Positions 10,213 through 19,885 of a stretch of 64,000 bases of DNA are shown here, in pieces (the first letter of the stretch is position 1; the number at the start of each line of letters is the position of its first letter). This stretch comes from Hyphomicrobiales bacterium (GTDB lineage Bacteria; Pseudomonadota; Alphaproteobacteria; Rhizobiales; CAJQND01). The notes under the pieces are model-generated. The model worked only from the letters and a program-made list of their open reading frames with translations. It did not search any database and was not told the origin of the DNA. The stretch is from positions 25,495 through 89,494 of the forward strand of contig JANQOW010000048.1 of the NCBI GenBank assembly GCA_028285595.1, written 5' to 3'. Position numbers and translations under genes: made by a program.

Positions 10213-11691
10213 ATGATTGTCGACACACGCACCCCCAACCCCAAGAACTTCATCTCCGGCGCCACCGGCGACTGGGAACTGGTGATCGGCCTGGAAGTCC
10301 ACGCCCAGATCACCTCGAAGTCCAAATTGTTCTCCGCCTCGTCCACCAGCTTTGGCGGTGAGCCCAATGACCATGTGTCCCTGGTGGACGCGGCCATGCC
10401 GGGCATGCTGCCGGTGATCAACAAATACTGCGTGGAGCAGGCCGTGCGCACCGGGCTTGGCCTGAAAGCCAAGATCAACAAGCGCTCGGTGTTTGACCGC
10501 AAGAACTATTTCTACCCCGATCTGCCGCAGGGCTATCAGATCTCCCAGTTCAAGGACCCGATTGTGGGCGAGGGCACCGTGCATCTGGATATGCCGGAAG
10601 ACGGTGCCGTTGAGGTGGGCATTGAGCGCCTGCACATGGAGCAGGATGCGGGCAAATCGATCCATGACCTTGTGCCGGGCAAAAGCGTGGTGGACCTCAA
10701 CCGCTCCGGCGTGGCGCTCATGGAGATCGTCTCCAAGCCCGATATTCGCAGCGCTGACGAGGCCAAGGCCTACGTGACCAAGCTGCGCACGATCCTGCGC
10801 TATCTGGGCACCTGCGATGGCAACATGGAAGAAGGCAGCTTGCGCGCCGACGTGAACGTCTCGGTCCGCGAGCCGGGCGGTGAGTTCGGCACCCGCTGTG
10901 AGATCAAGAACGTCAACTCCATCCGCTTCATCGGCCAGGCCATTGACTATGAAGCCCGCCGGCAGATCGACATTCTGGAAGATGGCGGCGAGATCGATCA
11001 GGAGACCCGCCTGTTTGATCCCAAATCCGGTGTCACGCGCTCCATGCGCTCCAAGGAAGAGGCGCACGATTATCGCTATTTCCCGGACCCGGACCTCTTG
11101 CCGCTGGAGTTCGACCAGGCGTTTGTGGACGAGATCGCCGCAAGCCTGCCCGAACTGCCTGATGAGAAGCAGGCGCGCATGATCGAGCAGTACGGCCTGT
11201 CGGCTTATGATGCGGGCCTGCTGGTGGATGAGCCGGAGACGGCGGCGTTCTTTGAAGCCGTGGCCGAGGGCCGCGACGCCAAGGTGGCGGTCAACTGGGT
11301 GATGGGCGATCTGGCGGCGCACGCCAATCAGGTGGGCAAGCCGGTGGCCGATGCGGGCATTTCCGCCGGTCAACTGGGCAGCTTGATCGATCTGATCGCC
11401 GACGGCACCATTTCCGGCAAGATCGCCAAGGATGTTTTGGACATCATGATCGCCGAGGGCGGCGAGCCGGCCCAGATTGTGCAAGACAAAGGCTTAAAAC
11501 AGGTCACCGACACCGGGGCCATCGAAGCCATCATCGACGAGGTGATCGCCGAGAACCCCGATAAGGCGGCGCAGGTCAAAGAAAAGCCAAAGATGGCCGG
11601 TTGGTTTGTGGGCCAGGTGATGCAGAAGTCCGGGGGCAAAGCAAATCCGCAGGCTGTGAATGCCATCTTGGCGCAGAAGCTAGGGCTGTAG
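10213..11691 (+). CDS. gatB: Asp/Glu-tRNA amidotransferase subunit B
   Basis: [35 protein letters not shown] 10213 lies 2 nt after the gatA stop. The track start at 10201 overlaps gatA. Confidence 0.95.
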   Translation: MIVDTRTPNPKNFISGATGDWELVIGLEVHAQITSKSKLFSASSTSFGGEPNDHVSLVDAAMPGMLPVINKYCVEQAVRTGLGLKAKINKRSVFDRKNYFYPDLPQGYQISQFKDPIVGEGTVHLDMPEDGAVEVGIERLHMEQDAGKSIHDLVPGKSVVDLNRSGVALMEIVSKPDIRSADEAKAYVTKLRTILRYLGTCDGNMEEGSLRADVNVSVREPGGEFGTRCEIKNVNSIRFIGQAIDYEARRQIDILEDGGEIDQETRLFDPKSGVTRSMRSKEEAHDYRYFPDPDLLPLEFDQAFVDEIAASLPELPDEKQARMIEQYGLSAYDAGLLVDEPETAAFFEAVAEGRDAKVAVNWVMGDLAAHANQVGKPVADAGISAGQLGSLIDLIADGTISGKIAKDVLDIMIAEGGEPAQIVQDKGLKQVTDTGAIEAIIDEVIAENPDKAAQVKEKPKMAGWFVGQVMQKSGGKANPQAVNAILAQKLGL

Positions 11692-11743
11692 CCGGGCGCC
11701 GCCTGCCATAACAGGTGGTCTGAGTGAGTAAGGATGTGGTGCA

Positions 11744-12748
11744 GTGGATGACGCGCGTGAGGTGAACGCAGTGGTGAGGCGCCCTGGCGGCTTGGTGTGG
11801 TTCTCGCTGCTGGTGAGCCTGTTTGGCACAGCCGGTCTCTTCCTTGTGGTGATCGCGAGCTACTACGGCCATTTGTGGTCTCCGCTGGATGCCTTCTCAC
11901 ATCTTCGCGTGCATCTGATCGGCGCAACCCTCGGCCTTGGCATCGCCGCTCTGTCTCTGATGACCGTGCAGCGCGTCCGGGTTGCCGTGCTGGTGCTTGT
12001 GGTAACCGCGGTCCTCACCGTGCTCTACGCGGGGCTATGGCCCATTTTGAGCCAATCGCGCGAGCCCCAGCCCGCCGCCGGGCCCAATGAGCGCGCCTTC
12101 AAGCTGATTTCCTTCAACAGCTGGTTCCATCACAAGAACCCCAAGCAGATCGCTGACTATCTTGCCACCGAAGATGCCGACGTGGTTGTCCTTGTGGAGT
12201 TCCCAAAGACCTCCAAGAAGATCCTCGGTCTTTTGGAAGCGCAGTTCCCGCATCAATATGACTGCAACGACACAGGACCCTTCTGCCACATCGTGGTGTT
12301 GTCGCGCTTCCCCTTTGCCGAAGTGGAAGCCAAGTCAGATTGGGAAGGCCCGCCCTTTGTGCGCGCCCTGTTCGGCAAGGAGCTTGGCGGGCTCACCGTC
12401 TTCGGCGTTCACTTCAGCCAGCCGTTCACGCCCAACTGGCAGTATTCGCAGATGCGTGCACTGGCCTCTGAAACCTTCGTGGCCAAGGGGCCGTTCATTG
12501 TGGCCGGCGATTTCAATGCCACCAAGGACAGCTTCATGGTCAACGCTTTCCAGGAGTATTCCGGCTCGTTGCGCATCACGTCGCTGCCGACCTGGCCCAC
12601 CTGGTTCTTCGAGCTGCCGCAGATCGGCATCGATCATATGTTCATCTCAAACGGTCTGCGCCCGTTGTCTCCGCCGAAGGTGCGCCCGAATGCGGGGTCC
12701 GACCACCTGCCCATCAAGGCTCATTTGGCGGTCAGAACCGTGCCTTGA
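11744..12748 (+). CDS. membrane-anchored endonuclease/exonuclease/phosphatase (EEP) family protein
   Basis: N-terminal hydrophobic segments, then VVVLVEF, VAGDFNAT, GIDHMF and GSDHLP, the EEP catalytic motifs. GTG start is uncertain. Confidence 0.75.
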   Translation: MDDAREVNAVVRRPGGLVWFSLLVSLFGTAGLFLVVIASYYGHLWSPLDAFSHLRVHLIGATLGLGIAALSLMTVQRVRVAVLVLVVTAVLTVLYAGLWPILSQSREPQPAAGPNERAFKLISFNSWFHHKNPKQIADYLATEDADVVVLVEFPKTSKKILGLLEAQFPHQYDCNDTGPFCHIVVLSRFPFAEVEAKSDWEGPPFVRALFGKELGGLTVFGVHFSQPFTPNWQYSQMRALASETFVAKGPFIVAGDFNATKDSFMVNAFQEYSGSLRITSLPTWPTWFFELPQIGIDHMFISNGLRPLSPPKVRPNAGSDHLPIKAHLAVRTVP

Positions 12749-13070
12749 GCACCGAAGTCTTGAGAAATTAAATCTGCCGTTTGTGCACCGTGGTTAGGAA
12801 TATATGAATCTCGGCCGATCGGTGTTCACTCCAATTTTAGGCAAATGCCGCCGGATCCCTCATATTTGAGGGTCAACAAATCCTTTCCTTAAAGGATTTG
12901 GTCAGATTTGCTTCAGCTCCCGTTAAGTCTACCGTTTAACGCGTTGTTTTCAGCCGCCCCGCATGATGAGGCCATGGCAACGAGGGGCGGCTAAGGCCAA
13001 GCCCAATAAGCCAGGGGACAAAGATGAAATCACCCAAAAAGGGTGAACAACAAAAGGCAGGGATTTGAAA

Positions 13071-13340
13071 ATGGCACGTATGGAAATCGTATCGGGAGCT
13101 GACATTGCAGACGCTGGATCTGTTTCTTCTGGAGCGCTCCTGCAGTTGGGGATCATGTATTCTTTGGGCCAGGAAGTGGAGCGTGACCTGATCGCAGCCC
13201 ACAAGTGGTTCAACCTGGCGGCTTTGCGCGGCAACGAATGCGCCAAACAGTATCGCCGTGATATTTCAAGCGAAATGAGCCCGTCTGAGATCGCCGAAGC
13301 ACAGCGCGAAGCCCGCGAGTGGCTCTACACCGTACACTAA
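13071..13340 (+). CDS. Sel1-repeat (TPR-like) small protein
   Basis: LGIMYSLGQEVERDLIAAHKWFNLAALRGN matches the Sel1 repeat pattern. ATG 13071 follows aaggcaggga. Confidence 0.7.
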   Translation: MARMEIVSGADIADAGSVSSGALLQLGIMYSLGQEVERDLIAAHKWFNLAALRGNECAKQYRRDISSEMSPSEIAEAQREAREWLYTVH

Positions 13341-13400
13341 GAGTTTAAAGCGAGACCCGAAAACGGGCTCGGTCCTGGAACACCAGGAGGCGTCAACAAG

Positions 13401-13439
13401 CATCCCGGATGGCGAAAGCTGTCCGGGATGTTTGCATTT
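13401..13439 (+). terminator. candidate intrinsic terminator
   Basis: Perfect 9-bp stem catcccgga / tccgggatg with a 12-nt loop, followed by tttgcattt. It lies between convergent genes. Confidence 0.5.
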
Positions 13440-13463
13440 GGCAAACCGGAAAGTCAGAGAAGA

Positions 13464-13754
13464 TCAATCCCAGGTGTTGGAGCGCTGGAACTGATTGCCG
13501 AACTGGTGGTCTTCAAAAGCCTCAAAACGCTCCAGGCGCTTGCGGCGCTCCAGCTTGTCGCGAAAGATCCGGGTCTCAATCTCAGCCGCCCGCGCGTTGA
13601 TGCGGTCCTGTTCGGTGTTGAACAGCGGAAGTCTCTCATTGTCCGGAGTATAGGTGTGGCTTTGAGGCACAAAGAACTCAGCCGCGGTGGCCGCAGGCGC
13701 GGCCACAACCGCAAGGCTCAAAGTCAGTCCCAGTCCGAGAAAAAATCTACGCAT
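13464..13754 (-). CDS. hypothetical secreted protein
   Basis: MRRFFLGLGLTLSLAVVAAPAATAAE signal-peptide-like N-terminus followed by a charged helical remainder. The start could also be 13766. Confidence 0.55.
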   Translation of the reverse strand: MRRFFLGLGLTLSLAVVAAPAATAAEFFVPQSHTYTPDNERLPLFNTEQDRINARAAEIETRIFRDKLERRKRLERFEAFEDHQFGNQFQRSNTWD

Positions 13755-13928
13755 GACAAGTGTCATCCCCGTGAAATAATGGCGCGCGTCGCGCATGATC
13801 TTCGTTACCCGAAGCTATATCATTTTCCAGATTCGCCCCGCCAGCAAAACCGTTACACGGCAAGCGCAAATCACTGTGAAGCTTAATGGTTGATTTGGGC
13901 TTACCTGTGATCATTGATCAAAATTCCG

Positions 13929-14168
13929 TCATTCTTCACGGCCTTCAGCCCGCAGCTTGTCCTTAAGTTCACCGGCAAGCTCCTCAGACCCGCTTTCCAG
14001 CGCATAGACATAGGCCTGGGTGTAGCGGAAATAGGCCTCCTCGGTGCGGCCGGCCGCCTCCGAGAGCTGCGCGGCGTCCCGGTAGAGCTGTGCGATGCGG
14101 CGCTTGTCTTCGCGTTCGTGGGCGCTGAGGAGGGCGTCCTCAAGCGCCCGTTCCCGGGGCGTTGCCAC
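13929..14168 (-). CDS. hypothetical small helical protein
   Basis: 79-aa ORF starting 4 nt downstream of the transglycosylase gene on the same strand. No family recognised. Confidence 0.5.
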   Translation of the reverse strand: MATPRERALEDALLSAHEREDKRRIAQLYRDAAQLSEAAGRTEEAYFRYTQAYVYALESGSEELAGELKDKLRAEGREE

Positions 14169-14172
14169 AAGC

Positions 14173-15384
14173 CTAGCGCAGCCTTTTCAGCAGCGCTGCG
14201 GTGGGGTAGCTGTCGGCCGGAAAGCCATGCTTCTTCTGCATGGCCTTCACGGCGGCGCGGGTTCCGGCCCCGAGAATGCCGTCAATCTTGCCCACATCAA
14301 ATCCGCGGCGGGCCAAGAGCCGCTGCAGCTCTTTCATCTGGGCCTGGTTCAGTGGCACCACCTCGCCATTGCCGCGCCGAACCGGAGGCGCACCGGCCAG
14401 GCGCGTGGCGAAATAGGCAGCCGTGGTCGCGTAGATCAGCGACTTGTTCCACTCCAGATAGACCTTGGTGAAGTTGTGGTAGGCCAGAAACGCCGGTCCC
14501 TTGTGGCCCATGGGCAAGAGCAGGGAGGCCTTTAGATTGTCCCCCTTCAACCGCTTGCCATCGGCCCGGGTCACGCCCCACTTGGCCCACTGGGCCCGGC
14601 TGTGGGTGATGGCAATGTCGGCCTGGTCCCAGGGCATGGAGCGCGGCACGCGAACCTCCTGGAGCCACGGCTCGCCGGCGCGCCAGCCATGGCTCTTAAT
14701 TAGATTGCCGGTGGAGCCTAGAACGTCGGGGACGCTGCGCAGGAGATCCACCCGGCCGCTCCGGTCATAGTCCACGGCAATCTCAAGATAATCCGACGGC
14801 AAGAACTGGGTTTGCCCCAACTCGCCGGCCCAGGCCCCCACCATTTCGGACAATCGCAAATCGCCCCGTTCTATGAGGCGCATCGCAGCAAACACTTGGG
14901 GGCGGAACAGTTCCGGACGCCGGCAGTCGTGGGCCAGGGTGACCAGAGACCGCATGGTTTTGAAGTCACCCATGAAGCCGCCGAAATCAGTCTCCAACCC
15001 CCAGAACGCGGTGAGCACGGAGGAGGGGACCCCATAGTCCTTGCGCACGCGCTGGAAGGTGGCGCGGTGCTTCTTCATCAAAGAGCGGCCACGGTTCATG
15101 CGGTTCTTGGAGATCAGCCGGCTGGCAAACTTCAGAAAGGTGAGGGTGAACACCCCTTGCTTGCGGTCGCGGCTGAGAACTCTGGGATCGGGCGTCAGAC
15201 CGCGCAATGCGCTGGAGACCACATTGCGGGATATCCCCATGTTCAGCGCTTCGCTGCGCACCTGGCTCATCCACCGGTCAAAGCTGCCGCCGCATGGGGC
15301 TTCCTGGGCCTCAGCCTCGGTGCTGAGGGCACTCAGCCCTAAGGTGAAGGCGAGGGCACTGCTCAAAACAAGATTGCGAACCAT
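14173..15384 (-). CDS. lytic murein transglycosylase (MltB family) with C-terminal peptidoglycan-binding domain
   Basis: Start MVRNLVLSSALAFTLGLSAL (signal peptide). Contains GQTQFLPSDY and WAGELGQ. The C-terminus LQRLLARRGFDVGKIDGILGAGTRAAVKAMQKKHGF is PG_binding_1-like. Confidence 0.85.
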   Translation of the reverse strand: MVRNLVLSSALAFTLGLSALSTEAEAQEAPCGGSFDRWMSQVRSEALNMGISRNVVSSALRGLTPDPRVLSRDRKQGVFTLTFLKFASRLISKNRMNRGRSLMKKHRATFQRVRKDYGVPSSVLTAFWGLETDFGGFMGDFKTMRSLVTLAHDCRRPELFRPQVFAAMRLIERGDLRLSEMVGAWAGELGQTQFLPSDYLEIAVDYDRSGRVDLLRSVPDVLGSTGNLIKSHGWRAGEPWLQEVRVPRSMPWDQADIAITHSRAQWAKWGVTRADGKRLKGDNLKASLLLPMGHKGPAFLAYHNFTKVYLEWNKSLIYATTAAYFATRLAGAPPVRRGNGEVVPLNQAQMKELQRLLARRGFDVGKIDGILGAGTRAAVKAMQKKHGFPADSYPTAALLKRLR

Positions 15385-15436
15385 GGCTGATCTCCGAACG
15401 TTTTGATGAGTTTTTTTGGGGGCTCCTGAACGCACG

Positions 15437-16114
15437 TCAGGAGGCGGCTGGGCTCTGTGCCTCGGCCCGTTCCTCCAGAACCTTGTCGATGGCGCCGCCG
15501 ATGACATCGGGCGTCTGGGCGCCCATCACCGCATATTTGCCGTCAATGATGAAACACGGCACGCCGGTCACACCCATCTGGGTGGCGGTGGCGATTTCCT
15601 GAACCACCTCTTCCTTGTCGGCGTCGCCCGCCAGCAGAGTTTCCACCACCTCGCGCTCCATCCCGGCTTTTTCGGCATTGTCGGCAAGCACCGTCTTGTC
15701 GGTCAGGTCTCCCCCTTCCAGGAAGTAGAGACTGAAAAGGCGTTCCGCCACTTCGTTCTGAACGCCCATGGGGTCGGCCCAGCGCAGCAGCCGATGGGCG
15801 TTGATGGTGTTGGGGGATTTCTTGATGTCTTCGAACTTGAAATCGATGCCCTCTTCAGCACCTGCCGCGCGCACTCGGTCATAGACGGTCTTGGCGCCCT
15901 CCGGCCCGCCGAACTTGCGGCTGAGATATTCCTGGCGGTCCATGCCGTCTTCAGGAATGGTGCTGTCCAGTTGGAACGGGCGCCAGCGCACCTGAAACTG
16001 AACCCCTTCGCGGGCCGCCATGGCTTGCTCCAGGCGCCGCTTGCCAATCAGGCACCAAGGGCACATTACGTCGGACACCACATCAATGGTGACGGGCTGG
16101 GCGAGGGCGTTCAT
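15437..16114 (-). CDS. DsbA family oxidoreductase (FrnE / 2-hydroxychromene-2-carboxylate isomerase-like)
   Basis: MNALAQPVTIDVVSDVMCPWCLIGKRRLE with the CPWC thioredoxin-fold motif. Start at 16114. Confidence 0.8.
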   Translation of the reverse strand: MNALAQPVTIDVVSDVMCPWCLIGKRRLEQAMAAREGVQFQVRWRPFQLDSTIPEDGMDRQEYLSRKFGGPEGAKTVYDRVRAAGAEEGIDFKFEDIKKSPNTINAHRLLRWADPMGVQNEVAERLFSLYFLEGGDLTDKTVLADNAEKAGMEREVVETLLAGDADKEEVVQEIATATQMGVTGVPCFIIDGKYAVMGAQTPDVIGGAIDKVLEERAEAQSPAAS

Positions 16115-16169
16115 GATGTCTACCGTCCAATCGGTTGGCCGAGCGCCATGTGGCTGGGCTCGGGAAGGT

Positions 16170-17969
16170 TTATCCTTGATGCCACCAAGTCTCAAGCCGA
16201 TAACCGAACAGGGACGTATTCTCCGGCATCTGAAGCTGTGACCAGAGCGCTAGCCAGGCCCCTGAGCGGTGAAACAGGGGCACCACATAGGTGCCGGACA
16301 GCAAGACGCGATCCAGGGCGCGGACCGCGTCCACAAACTCCGCCCGCTCCTTAGCCGCCAGCAGAGCGCCGATCATCCCGTCAATCGCCGGCTCATCGGC
16401 GCCGAAATAGTTGCGCGTGCCGTCAAGCGTGCGTCCCTGAGAGCCGAAATAGAAGGTCTGCTCATTGCCGGGCGAGAGGGAGGCGTCCCACTGGTAGGGG
16501 ATCATGTCGAAATCGTAAGTGGCCAGCCGCGCCTGAAACTGGCTGGCATCCACAAGCCGCACGCGCGCATCCACGCCGGCCTGCTTGAGCGAGCGCGCAT
16601 AGCTGAGCGCCAGGCGTTCATCGGCCTTGGAGACAACGGTGATCTCAAAGCTCAACGGCTCGCCGGTTTCCGTATGGGCCAGCTTGCTGTCCTTCACCTC
16701 ATAGCCGGCTTTTGCAAAAAGCTGCTTGGCCACGCGCCGGTTCTTCCGGTTGCGCCCGCTGCCATCGCTCGATGGCACGGCATAGGTGCCCTCCATGATG
16801 GACGGGTTCACCACGCCCGCAAAAGGTTTCAGCAAATCGCGCTCCACGTCGGAGGCCGGGCGCTTGTGCGAGGACAGCTCCGAGCGTGAATAGAAGCTCT
16901 GGGTGCGTGCATAAAGACCGTTGTAGAGCTTGGCGTTGGTCCACTCAAAATCGAATAGCTGTAGGATCGCCTGGCGCACATCCTGGTTCTCAAACACAGC
17001 CCGGCGCGTGTTGAAGGCCAGGCCGAACATGCCCGCAGGCAGCCCACTGGGCACCTCTTTCAGCACCACGCGGCCCTCCTTGACCGCGGGGAACACATAG
17101 TCATTCGCCCATTTGGTGGGGTCGCTCTCCTCGCGCACATCCACCAGCCCTTTCTTGAAGGCTTCAAAGGCGGCGCTGCCGTCGCGGAAGTGGAGGTATT
17201 TCACCGTTTCGAAATTGAAGCGGCCCCGGTTCACCGGCAGATCACGGCCCCAGTACTCCGGATTGCGCCGATAGGTGAGGGATTTGCCGGGGTCGATCTC
17301 ATCCATGATATAGGGCCCGCTGCCCGGGAACGGGGTCAGCATGGTTTTGTCGAACTGTTTACCCTCAAACACATGCTTGGGCAGGATCGGCATCAGGCCC
17401 ATGATAAGCGGGATCTCGCGGTCCGCGTCCGAGGCGAAGTGGAGCTTGACCACACGCGGGGCCGGGCGCTCGATCTTGGTCACCTTGGAATAGTAAGTGC
17501 CGTAGTTGGGCCGCCCGAAATCGCGCAAGGTTTCCAGCGAGAACACCACATCATCCACCGTCACCGGCCGGCCGTCGGCGAACTTCGCCTTCTCGTTAAG
17601 GCGGAAGGCCACCCAACTGCGATCGTCGGGAACATCGATGGCTTCGGCCAGGAGGCCATAGAGCGTGAAGGCCTCATCGTGGCCGCGCGCCATCAGGCTC
17701 TCCAGGGTCCACAGCCGGACGCCGGAGGCCCGCACGCCCTTCACAATGAGCGGATTGGTGGAATCAAAGCTGCGCAGCACGGAGATACGCAGCTCCCCGC
17801 CCTTGGGCGCATTTGGGTTTACGTAGGAAAAATGCTTGAAATCAGGCCCGTAACGCGGCTCGCCATGCATGGCGATGGCGTGCTTCCACTCTGCCTGCGC
17901 TGTCAGGCACGAGACCGCGAGAACGGCGAGAATCACAGCAGTGCGCAGGAGAATCATGCGCGCAACCAT
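16170..17969 (-). CDS. ABC transporter substrate-binding protein, family 5 (peptide/YejA-like)
   Basis: About 600 aa. Signal peptide MVARMILLRTAVILAVLAVSCLTAQA. Length and overall pattern fit solute-binding family 5. The track ORF's N-terminal extension runs into a repeat element. Confidence 0.75.
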   Translation of the reverse strand: MVARMILLRTAVILAVLAVSCLTAQAEWKHAIAMHGEPRYGPDFKHFSYVNPNAPKGGELRISVLRSFDSTNPLIVKGVRASGVRLWTLESLMARGHDEAFTLYGLLAEAIDVPDDRSWVAFRLNEKAKFADGRPVTVDDVVFSLETLRDFGRPNYGTYYSKVTKIERPAPRVVKLHFASDADREIPLIMGLMPILPKHVFEGKQFDKTMLTPFPGSGPYIMDEIDPGKSLTYRRNPEYWGRDLPVNRGRFNFETVKYLHFRDGSAAFEAFKKGLVDVREESDPTKWANDYVFPAVKEGRVVLKEVPSGLPAGMFGLAFNTRRAVFENQDVRQAILQLFDFEWTNAKLYNGLYARTQSFYSRSELSSHKRPASDVERDLLKPFAGVVNPSIMEGTYAVPSSDGSGRNRKNRRVAKQLFAKAGYEVKDSKLAHTETGEPLSFEITVVSKADERLALSYARSLKQAGVDARVRLVDASQFQARLATYDFDMIPYQWDASLSPGNEQTFYFGSQGRTLDGTRNYFGADEPAIDGMIGALLAAKERAEFVDAVRALDRVLLSGTYVVPLFHRSGAWLALWSQLQMPENTSLFGYRLETWWHQG

Positions 17970-18017
17970 AACGGCTTTTTGTGAGATGCAAAGAGGGGAA
18001 TGGTGGGGGCGCTCGGT

Positions 18018-18157
18018 GTCGTCATCCCCGCAGGCCCCGTCATCCTCGCACGCTCCTGGGTCCCGGATATTTTGCTTGCGCAAAATTCCGGGATGACGGT
18101 GGTTGGGGCGCGGATATTACTCTCCCGCGTCCTTGCGAAAGCGAGGACCTTCTCAGC
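18018..18157. repeat. composite intergenic repeat: family A hairpin element (18018-18099) plus family B hairpin element (18128-18157)
   Basis: gtcatccccgcaggccccgtcatcctcgcacgctcctgggtcccggatattttgcttgcgcaaaattccgggatgacgg resembles the 4527 and 4791 copies. gtccttgcgaaagcgaggaccttctcagcg resembles 4405-4434. Confidence 0.85.
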
Positions 18158-18193
18158 GATCGGAAAAAGAAATGAGCTAAAACAGCCGCGAGG

Positions 18194-18532
18194 CTAGTTC
18201 GCGATCCCCGACGGCACCACATAGGCACCCGATTCCGCGTCATACTCGGCAAAATAGTCGCTCACCTCAGGATGGCGCACGGGTTCGCCGGAGACATCGA
18301 TCAGCAGGTTCTGCTCCGACACATAAGCGATGTACTCGGTTTCCTCGTTCTCCGCGAGCAAATGATAGAACGGCTGGTCCCGCTCCGGGCGCACTTCTTC
18401 GGGGATCGACTCCCACCATTCCTCTGAATTGGAGAATGTTGGGTCAACGTCAAAGATCACCCCGCGAAATGGATAGACGCGGTGCTGAACAACCTGACCA
18501 ATGCGAAACTTCGCTGACCGGTTCACTTCCAT
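18194..18532 (-). CDS. hspQ: heat shock protein HspQ / hemimethylated-DNA-binding YccV family
   Basis: AKFRIGQVVQHRVYPFRGVIFDVDP...PFYHLL follows the YccV pattern. Start MEVNRS at 18532. Confidence 0.8.
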   Translation of the reverse strand: MEVNRSAKFRIGQVVQHRVYPFRGVIFDVDPTFSNSEEWWESIPEEVRPERDQPFYHLLAENEETEYIAYVSEQNLLIDVSGEPVRHPEVSDYFAEYDAESGAYVVPSGIAN

Positions 18533-18628
18533 GCCGAACTCCCGACCTGTCCCAAAACGCCCTCTCAAGACTACCCGTTAATGTGGCAAGCAATTGCGGC
18601 CAACGCAAGGGTGATGCGCAAGCTTGGT

Positions 18629-19678
18629 TCACAAACCATAGGCGGCAGCCAACTGTGGGTCCTTTTTTGCCACGATGCGGGCAAGATCGGCGATGACTTT
18701 AGCCTGTTTCCAGGTGGCATCGTCCTGCATCTTGCCGTCAATCATCACTGCGCCCGTGCCATCGGGCATTGCCTCCAAAATGCGCAACGCGAACTTGACC
18801 TCATCAACCTCCGGGCTGAACACATTTTTGGCGATGGCAATCTGCGAAGGATGCAGGGACCAGGCGCCCACGCACCCTTGCAGGAACGCATTGCGGAACT
18901 GGGCCTCGCAGGCCGCCGGATCGGAAAAATCGCCGAACGGGCCGTAAAACGCCTTGATTCCGTTGGACTGGCACGCGTCCACCATCTTGGCCACCGTGTA
19001 ATGCCACAGATCCTGCTGATAAAACGCGCGGCCGGCCTCTTCGGCCTCGGCGTCCGCGTCGGCCAACACGCCATAGCCGGGATGACCGCCGCCCACCCGG
19101 GTGGTTTTCATGCCGCGGGACGCCGCGAGGTCTGCCGGGCCCAAAGACATGCCATGCATGCGTGGCGAGGCAGCGGCGATTTCATCAACATTTTTAACGC
19201 CTTGCGCCGTTTCCAGGATAGCATGGATGAGGATGGGGCGGCCAATCTCATGGCGGGCTTCCAATTGGCTGAGAAGCTGGTCGAGATAGTGGATGTCCCA
19301 GGCGCCCTCCACCTTCGGCAGCATGATCACATCCAGCTTGTGGCCCACCTGGCCCACGATCTCGATAATGTCTTCCAGCACCCACGGCGAATTCAGGCAA
19401 TTGATCCGCATCCACAGGCCTGTTTCGCCGAACTCGTTTTCCTGAGCGAGCGTGATGAACCCTTGGCGCGCCTCTACTTTCTGGTCGGCGGGAATGGCGT
19501 CTTCAAGGTTGCCCAGCACAACATCCACCTGAGTGATCAGGTCAGGCACCTTGGCGCGCAGTTTCTCGATGTGCGGCGGCACGAAATGGATCATGCGCTC
19601 CAGGCGAACGGGGAGTTCGCGTAACGGCTCGGGCGCGCCAATGGCGAGGGGTTTGTAAAACTGGGAAGGAAGCTTCAT
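18629..19678 (-). CDS. mcl: HpcH/HpaI-family CoA-ester lyase, long malyl-CoA/beta-methylmalyl-CoA/citramalyl-CoA lyase type
   Basis: 349 aa. [71 protein letters not shown] and [17 protein letters not shown]. From memory this closely parallels the Chloroflexus-type Mcl rather than the shorter ~320-aa Rhodobacter type. Confidence 0.75.
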   Translation of the reverse strand: MKLPSQFYKPLAIGAPEPLRELPVRLERMIHFVPPHIEKLRAKVPDLITQVDVVLGNLEDAIPADQKVEARQGFITLAQENEFGETGLWMRINCLNSPWVLEDIIEIVGQVGHKLDVIMLPKVEGAWDIHYLDQLLSQLEARHEIGRPILIHAILETAQGVKNVDEIAAASPRMHGMSLGPADLAASRGMKTTRVGGGHPGYGVLADADAEAEEAGRAFYQQDLWHYTVAKMVDACQSNGIKAFYGPFGDFSDPAACEAQFRNAFLQGCVGAWSLHPSQIAIAKNVFSPEVDEVKFALRILEAMPDGTGAVMIDGKMQDDATWKQAKVIADLARIVAKKDPQLAAAYGL

Positions 19679-19885
19679 GGGGATCAAAAGACCGTAAGGT
19701 GAGAACACTGGCGCCTTTCATAGCGTCCAGAGCCGGGTCATAATACGTGCAAATGTGTCGCGTTCGCGTGGGGCTCATGCTACCGGTTCTGGGCGATGAT
19801 GCGACTGAGTCGGGCCAGACGGGGTGCGCCAGGCTTGATCGTGCGCGCCGATGGTTTGCGTTGTGTTCTCAACAGGGGTCCGTCC

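Noticed and set aside
9871-11484. 537-aa minus-strand ORF antisense to gatB. Similar long antisense ORFs are 3150-4436 (opposite the flavoprotein), 38596-39708 (glmS), 33034-34098 (PrpD-like), 18581-19624 (mcl), 5015-6022 and 6113-7084 (monooxygenase/VOC), 44434-45381 (giant repeat gene) and 15416-16354 (DsbA-like).
   Set aside because: Each overlaps a gene with clear family motifs on the other strand. They are R/A/G/H-rich with no recognisable domains, which is the classic high-GC shadow-frame artefact.
12749-13064. Possible sRNA in the 316-bp intergenic region. It has a perfect hairpin, aaatccttt-cctt-aaaggattt at about 12886-12907, and a gccgcccc...ggggcggc stem.
   Set aside because: There is no U-tract after either stem, no promoter I can recognise and no family match from memory. 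The evidence is insufficient to call an RNA gene. The near-CtrA site ttaagtctaccgtttaac has N9 spacing, not N7.
17970-18083. N-terminal extension of the SBP ORF (MRKQNIRDPGACEDDGACGDDD...).
   Set aside because: It translates the family A repeat element. A good signal peptide begins at the internal Met at 17969.
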